Below are positions 16,376 to 22,514 of a stretch of DNA of 22,514 nt, piece by piece. A model generated the notes under the pieces. The model ran no database searches. It saw only the letters and a program-made list of their open reading frames with translations, and had not been told where the DNA came from. How positions within the stretch are numbered: the first letter of the stretch is position 1; every line of letters begins with the position of its first letter. This DNA comes from an uncultured archaeon (GTDB lineage: Archaea; Altiarchaeota; Altiarchaeia; IMC4; SCGC-AAA252-I15), in contig CAZPLO010000017.1 in the NCBI GenBank assembly GCA_964587725.1, positions 1 through 22,514 on the forward strand, read 5' to 3'. The position numbers and the translations under genes were made by a program.

Positions 16376-18379
16376 TTCCCTCCTCTGCCTGAACAAATCC
16401 AGTACCGAGTGGGTGGCCTCCAATCCACCTTCAGCGTTTTTCCTGAAGCCTTCTCCCAGGTCGTATGTCAGAAGGATGTGGTGTCCCGAGGGGTTGAGGT
16501 TTTCATATCCTGCTTCACGCAGCCGCCTGGACTCCCTCGCCTGCAGGTCGAAGTAGTCTTCCTCTCTAAGGGACCCCAGCACACGCGCCCGGTAGGAGTC
16601 GACTCCGAGCGTCACCTTCGGCGTGCCGTCTTCGTTGAGATTCAGCCTCCCCTCCTCGGTGAAGGTCATCAGCAGCTTATGCGGCTCATCCTCGGAGTCC
16701 AAACCGACTTCCGCAAGCTGCTGTTTACTCGTTGAAAGGATTTCCTTGTAGCCTTCCGGGGTGACCACGTCTTTTTCAAGCGCGTGCACCAAGTCTATGT
16801 AACCCCAGTGCCCCTCCTGCCGGTAGCCTTCAAGGGGGTCCAGTCCGCCCCAATAACCCCATATTGTTATGTAGGCGCGGTCCGGGCGCAGGACAGGGTG
16901 GCCTGACGGATTTAGTATTGCATCAGGGGCCATGAACCTGCTTTGGTCTGAAGGCTGCGAAGGCAGCATCTCGTTGCCGCACATGTAGATTGCCCGCGGG
17001 TAAGTTGTCCTTATTCCGCGTTTCCTCAGCTCCTCCGCAATCCTTGCCTCCTCGAAGGGGCTGTTGAAGCCGTGGCCGGCGGCCTCACCCGCGGATTCGC
17101 CGTACTCGGCCGCAGGGTCCAAACCCACCCTCGACATCTGCCACACCAGGTGTACGTCGTCCCTTGTTTTCGTGTGGTAGATTTCATGTGTGGGGGACAG
17201 CTTTGTCTTGGAAGCCCAGTACCACCTCTCAGGGCGGAAGTAGTCGAACAAGTCAGGGTCCCTTCCGACCACGAAGAGCTCTCCGCCGGTGCTTTCCGTA
17301 GGCCCCCACACGTAGTCGACACCCAACACGTTATGGGGCCTCAGGTTCTGGGGATACCTGGTCTGCGGAGGCGGGGTGAAACGGTTGATCAGATGACGGA
17401 AGTATTCGGCGCGCCTCTGATGCTGGTGATAGACTTCATGCTCCCTTGTCCGCTCAAGAAGCTCAAAGTCCACCAGCGCATACACTGGCTTCCCCTCCCG
17501 GTCCCGTAGGATGGAACCGTCCTTACTTCTCCTCCGTAGTATGAAGTGGTGGGGTTTTGTGTCAGCCACCGTATAGCCTTTCCGCTCCATGTCGTCGATC
17601 ACGGTGTGCATGAGCGAGACCACATCCTCCTTGGTGAACACTCCAGCAGCCATCATTTCTGCCGCGTCCTCCCCCTTAACCCAGCCGTACAATACCGCGT
17701 ACTGGCGTTGGAGGTCTATGCCGACGGACTCGCTCTCCGCCTTCCCCGCCTGATCCTCCCTCATCGTCTTCTGATGCGATTCGAACACATACTTCCGCCG
17801 CCCCATCCTCAAGGGCTCAACCTCCCCACGGGGGGAGAATATGGCCAGCGGCCTCTGGGTGAGAATCTTCACACTGGGGTTGCCGTGCTCGCCCGCCCGC
17901 AACTCCATGAGAAACCCGAACTCCTCGAAGGGGCTGTTGAATCTTGCAGAATAAGAGTTTAGTCTCCTCATCTTACTCGCAAGCTCAGGGTGTTCAATAC
18001 TCAATGCCGGGTCCATGGGGTCGCCGGGTATGTCGCTGCCCACCCGGTTCCATTTAACGACGATGTCTGCGGATTTGCCGTCCACTTCGTTGGTCTGAAC
18101 ATGATATGATGTGCCTGTTCCACCCAGCCTCTCACCCCCCTTATGGTAGCGGCCGTCGGCGTACCAGTTCTCTGGCTGAAGCTGGTTCCTCCACGGCCAA
18201 CCCCACCTGCTCAGGTAGAGGTCGCCGTGTTCCGTTTTCATGTGGACGTAGTCTACGTCGAACACCCGGACCATGCGGGCGTTCTCCGGAAGCGCCTTAA
18301 GGCCCACCGGGAAGTCCCCGGCGCTGTGGGGAATGTATCTGGGGTCGCGTTCACGGGGGTCCCCCCTGGCCTGGGCCAT
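16364..18379 (-). CDS. Hypothetical protein with tandem-duplicated atypical kinase-like domains
   Basis: 671 aa. Domain 1: GGTGTSY, IVVKW, FNSPFEE, DTKPHHFIL, LVDFELL. Domain 2 repeats VDYV, F/Q-x-PE-x-WY, SRVG, FNSPFEE and P-x-AI but lacks the catalytic residues. Confidence 0.85.
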   Translation of the reverse strand: MAQARGDPRERDPRYIPHSAGDFPVGLKALPENARMVRVFDVDYVHMKTEHGDLYLSRWGWPWRNQLQPENWYADGRYHKGGERLGGTGTSYHVQTNEVDGKSADIVVKWNRVGSDIPGDPMDPALSIEHPELASKMRRLNSYSARFNSPFEEFGFLMELRAGEHGNPSVKILTQRPLAIFSPRGEVEPLRMGRRKYVFESHQKTMREDQAGKAESESVGIDLQRQYAVLYGWVKGEDAAEMMAAGVFTKEDVVSLMHTVIDDMERKGYTVADTKPHHFILRRRSKDGSILRDREGKPVYALVDFELLERTREHEVYHQHQRRAEYFRHLINRFTPPPQTRYPQNLRPHNVLGVDYVWGPTESTGGELFVVGRDPDLFDYFRPERWYWASKTKLSPTHEIYHTKTRDDVHLVWQMSRVGLDPAAEYGESAGEAAGHGFNSPFEEARIAEELRKRGIRTTYPRAIYMCGNEMLPSQPSDQSRFMAPDAILNPSGHPVLRPDRAYITIWGYWGGLDPLEGYRQEGHWGYIDLVHALEKDVVTPEGYKEILSTSKQQLAEVGLDSEDEPHKLLMTFTEEGRLNLNEDGTPKVTLGVDSYRARVLGSLREEDYFDLQARESRRLREAGYENLNPSGHHILLTYDLGEGFRKNAEGGLEATHSVLDLFRQRRESPG
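17048..17941. repeat. 21-bp exact direct repeat pair (17048-17068 and 17921-17941)
   Basis: CTCCTCGAAGGGGCTGTTGAA in both copies; encodes FNSPFEE on the minus strand. Confidence 0.9.
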
Positions 18380-18418
18380 GTTAAAAATACGGAATCACGC
18401 GAATAAATGCTCTTTTAA

Positions 18419-19492
<1,074 letters not shown>

Positions 19493-19522
19493 TTTTTACT
19501 CCAGTATACACATTATTATTCT

Positions 19523-20647
19523 ATGGGCGCCATCAGAGTCGGGGTCGTGGGGCCGGGGACCATAGGCCACAAGGTGGTGTGGGCGCTGGAGCGGCAGAAG
19601 GACATGACCGTGTCCGGCGTAGCCAAGACATCCCCTGACTGGGTTGCCAAGTGGGTGGCCAGCAAAGGCATCAGACTCTACCCTTCCTCCAAGGAGGGAA
19701 AAAAAGGGGTTCCCGCAGCCATAAAGGCGTTCAAGGACAGCATCGGGGAAGAGCACGTAGGCGGCACAATAGAAGACCTTCTCGAAGCCTCGGATGTTAT
19801 AGTGGACTGCACCGGCAGCCGGTTCGGAGCCAAAAACAAGGAGGAACTCTACGAACCATATAACAAGGAACACGACGGCAGGCTTAAGGTGCTGTTTCAG
19901 GGCGGCGAGGACGCCGGCATAGGGTGCAGCTTCAACACCCGCACCAGCTACGACAAATGCGTGAAGTCCGGGACCCCATACTTCCGTGTGGTGTCCTGCA
20001 ACACCACAGGGCTGGCGAGAATCGTGGGCGGGCTACTGGAGAACGGGTACGAGATAGACTACCTGACAGCCGCCTTGCTGCGGCGTTCCACCGACCCTGG
20101 GATGCCGCGGAAGATGCGGTTGGACGACTTCGAAGTCAGCCTGAAGATTCCGTCGCACCACGCACCCGATTTGAAGGAGGTGGTGGACGTGGAAGCGTAT
20201 TCGCGGGCCTATAAGGCGCCGGTGAGCGCCATGCACATGCACGACATCCACATAACATTCAAAGACAAGGTTCCTTCGAAGGATGATTTCATGGAAGTAT
20301 TCCGTACGGACGGGCGGGTGGCGCTGCTGGAGCGGTTCAGCTCCACCATAGAGCTGCGGGAGCGGGTTCGGCGGCTGAACAAGATAGAGGAGGGGATGTT
20401 CCCCGGCGGCGACGTCTTCCTCACCACCGTGTCCACGGGGTCATATCAGATATACAGGAAGAAGAAGCTGTGGCTGACGCAGGGTATACCGCAGGACAGC
20501 ATCGTCGTCCCCGAAACAATAGACGCCGTACGGGCTGCGACATACGGAGTGAACAAGGTGGGGAGGGACGCGAGCATGAAGATGACCGACGACAGCCTCA
20601 GCCTCCCTGGGATGAAACGCATACTGGAGGACAGCTACAGCAGCTGA
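19523..20647 (+). CDS. gap: Archaeal type II glyceraldehyde-3-phosphate dehydrogenase (divergent)
   Basis: GPGTIG, GVAKTSPD, FQGGE, RVVSCNTTGL (catalytic Cys), RRSTDP, PSHHAPD, SIVVPETIDAVRA. Confidence 0.88.
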   Translation: MGAIRVGVVGPGTIGHKVVWALERQKDMTVSGVAKTSPDWVAKWVASKGIRLYPSSKEGKKGVPAAIKAFKDSIGEEHVGGTIEDLLEASDVIVDCTGSRFGAKNKEELYEPYNKEHDGRLKVLFQGGEDAGIGCSFNTRTSYDKCVKSGTPYFRVVSCNTTGLARIVGGLLENGYEIDYLTAALLRRSTDPGMPRKMRLDDFEVSLKIPSHHAPDLKEVVDVEAYSRAYKAPVSAMHMHDIHITFKDKVPSKDDFMEVFRTDGRVALLERFSSTIELRERVRRLNKIEEGMFPGGDVFLTTVSTGSYQIYRKKKLWLTQGIPQDSIVVPETIDAVRAATYGVNKVGRDASMKMTDDSLSLPGMKRILEDSYSS

Positions 20648-20648
20648 A

Positions 20649-21272
20649 ATGGACGCGGAGCTGATTAACCGGGCGGGCGAGGACCTGCGGATGCTATTGG
20701 ACCGCGGATACCGGAAAGACTATGCGCTCCGGTTCGTGGGCGACCACTATGAGCTGCCGAAGAAGCAGCGGAACCTTATCATGCGGGCCGTTTATTCTGA
20801 GGCGGAGGTGCGGCAGACCAGGGAGAAGCTCCGGCCTGTGGCGGCCATGCAGGGGCATCCGCTGGCGATAGACGGCTTCAACGTCATCATAACCGTCGAG
20901 ACGGGCTTGGAGGGCGGGGAGATTTTCATGAGCCAGGACGGCATCCTCCGCGACAACACCATGGCGTTCGGCAGCTACCGCGTCGGCTCCTCCACGAGGG
21001 AGGCGGCGGACAAGGTGTTGGAGGTGCTGAATGAGCATCCGCCGTCTCAGGTGACGTGGGTGTTCGACAGCCAGATTTCTAGGAGCGGCCGGCTGGCCGC
21101 GTACGTGGGGGAGAAGATGGATGAGCTGGGTTTGGACGGGGCTGCGATGACATGCCCCACAGCAGACCACCGGCTGGTTAAGATGAACGTGTTGACCGCG
21201 ACATCCGACTCCGCATTGATTGAACGGTTAACGGCTATAGTCGATTTACCCGGTGAAATCATAGACTTTTAA
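20649..21272 (+). CDS. DUF434 domain protein (PIN-like C-terminal domain)
   Basis: DLRMLLDRGY, FVGDHYEL, R-x4-R, IDGFNVIIT, DGILRD, FDSQISRSG, ATSDS. Confidence 0.88.
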   Translation: MDAELINRAGEDLRMLLDRGYRKDYALRFVGDHYELPKKQRNLIMRAVYSEAEVRQTREKLRPVAAMQGHPLAIDGFNVIITVETGLEGGEIFMSQDGILRDNTMAFGSYRVGSSTREAADKVLEVLNEHPPSQVTWVFDSQISRSGRLAAYVGEKMDELGLDGAAMTCPTADHRLVKMNVLTATSDSALIERLTAIVDLPGEIIDF

Positions 21273-21316
21273 CGTAGCACGCGGAAATAGTAACCTCAAC
21301 ATTTTGGGTGATTTGT

Positions 21317-22378
21317 TTGGCTAAGAAACTGTTCATACCAGGGCCCGTGGATGTTTCAGAGGACGTTGCCGCGAAGATGGTTGAGCCCATGATAGGGCAC
21401 AGGAGCAGGGAGTACGCGGAACTCCACGGCAGCTGCGTCGACGGACTGAAGAAGATTTTGAAGACCGAATCCAATGTTTTCCTGGGGCCGATGTCCAGCA
21501 GCGGTTGGATGGAGGCCGCGGTTAGAAACTGCGTCGGCAGGAAGGCGCTGCACGTGGTGAACGGCGCGTTCAGCCAGCGGTGGCATAAGATGTCCGTCGC
21601 CAACGGCAAAGACGCTGAGGCGTTGGAGGTCGCCTGGGGGAGCGCCGGGAAACCGGGTGACGTGGAAGACAGACTGGGTTCAGGGGACTACGATGCGTTG
21701 TTTGTGACGCATAACGAGACTTCGACGGGTGCCATGACGCCCCTGGAAGGCTTCGGGAAGTTGTGCGCAGACAACGACGTGATATTCTGCGTGGACGCCG
21801 TCTCCAGTGCCGCGGGCGTCGACATTGAAACAGACAAACTCGGCATAGACGTGTTGGTCACCGGCACGCAGAAGGCGTTCGCGGTGGCTCCGGGGCTGGC
21901 GATGACGGTGGTTAGCGAACGCGCCTTGGAGAAGTCCAAGAACGTTCCCGACAGAGGCTACTACTTCGACTACCAGGTGGTTTTGAAGAAGGCTGAGAAA
22001 GACAATACGCCGAGTACGCCGCCGATTCCGCAGATCAGGGCGTTGGATTACCAGTGCGGGAAGATACTAGCTGAAGGCTTGGAGAGCCGGTTCAAACGCC
22101 ACGCGGAGATGGCCGAGTACACGCAAAACTGGGTTAGGGAAAACTGGGAGCTGTACTGCGAGGACTGGTGTTTATCCAACACCGTCACCTGCGCGAAAAA
22201 CACGAGGGGTGCTGATTTGGCGGACCTCGGCAAGAAGCTGGGCGAACGCGGATACGTGTTCAGCAACGGCTACGGCAAACTCAAAGGCGAAGCCTTCCGC
22301 GTCCCACACATGGGCGACAGACGGCTGGAAGAAGTCAAGGAATACCTGGACACCATAGAAGACATACTCGACATGTAA
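21317..22378 (+). CDS. Class V PLP aminotransferase (serine-pyruvate/alanine-glyoxylate family)
   Basis: LFIPGP, MIGHRS, HNETSTG, VDAVSS, GTQKAF (PLP Lys), TPSTP, GYGKLK..FR..HMG. TTG start at 21317 preferred because GGTGA (21307-21311) is SD-like; 21308 is the alternative. Confidence 0.92.
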   Translation: MAKKLFIPGPVDVSEDVAAKMVEPMIGHRSREYAELHGSCVDGLKKILKTESNVFLGPMSSSGWMEAAVRNCVGRKALHVVNGAFSQRWHKMSVANGKDAEALEVAWGSAGKPGDVEDRLGSGDYDALFVTHNETSTGAMTPLEGFGKLCADNDVIFCVDAVSSAAGVDIETDKLGIDVLVTGTQKAFAVAPGLAMTVVSERALEKSKNVPDRGYYFDYQVVLKKAEKDNTPSTPPIPQIRALDYQCGKILAEGLESRFKRHAEMAEYTQNWVRENWELYCEDWCLSNTVTCAKNTRGADLADLGKKLGERGYVFSNGYGKLKGEAFRVPHMGDRRLEEVKEYLDTIEDILDM

Positions 22379-22389
22379 CCCATTAAACA

Positions 22390-22414
22390 GTGGGGCGAAC
22401 AAAGTGAGCCCCAC
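22390..22414. repeat. REP-like GC hairpin or possible terminator
   Basis: GTGGGGC-GAACAAAGTGA-GCCCCAC, a 7-bp perfect stem 11 nt after the aminotransferase stop. Confidence 0.6.
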
Positions 22415-22452
22415 ACATTTCTACTTGGAGACAATGGATTGTTTCTGGGGAT

Positions 22453-22488
22453 TTGAAATTATTTATGTTTTTTTATAGATAATTTCAA
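22453..22488. repeat. AT-rich inverted repeat
   Basis: TTGAAATTAT(22453-22462)/ATAATTTCAA(22479-22488), extendable to 14-bp arms with one mismatch around an 8-nt spacer. Confidence 0.65.
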
Positions 22489-22514
22489 CTTTTCTTTAAA
22501 TTATTTGTGTTTTT

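Noticed and set aside
22441-22490. CRISPR repeat (GTTTC...TTGAAAT-like words)
   Set aside because: No regularly spaced repeat-spacer units and no cas genes; a leader for an array beyond the window cannot be excluded.

Overview
Compact, GC-rich archaeal genome segment (archaeal TyrRS, Bud32, Trm11, UPF0147, CimA, type II GAPDH, TATA-type promoters; an Altiarchaeota/DPANN-like origin is a guess only). Housekeeping genes: hisF, ilvB, trm11, gatB, tyrS, bud32, cimA-leuC-leuD, leuB, gap, DUF434 and a class V aminotransferase. Main observations: (1) a 20-aa Ile-rich leader peptide with its own TATA box, alternative RNA pairings and a U-tract upstream of the citramalate (Ile) operon, i.e. a candidate archaeal ribosome-coupled attenuator; (2) a 21-nt motif shared by the cimA and ilvB upstream regions; (3) an exact 38-bp duplication of the hisF 5' end around a hairpin insert; (4) two orphan kinase-fold genes next to or inside amino-acid biosynthesis clusters, sharing an N-terminal DPRE motif; (5) a tandem pair of catalytically degenerate Mrr-like paralogs. 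There is an IS200/IS605-type end at the left edge and REP-like and AT-rich palindromes at the right edge. All calls come from reading motifs by eye; no searches or folding programs were run.
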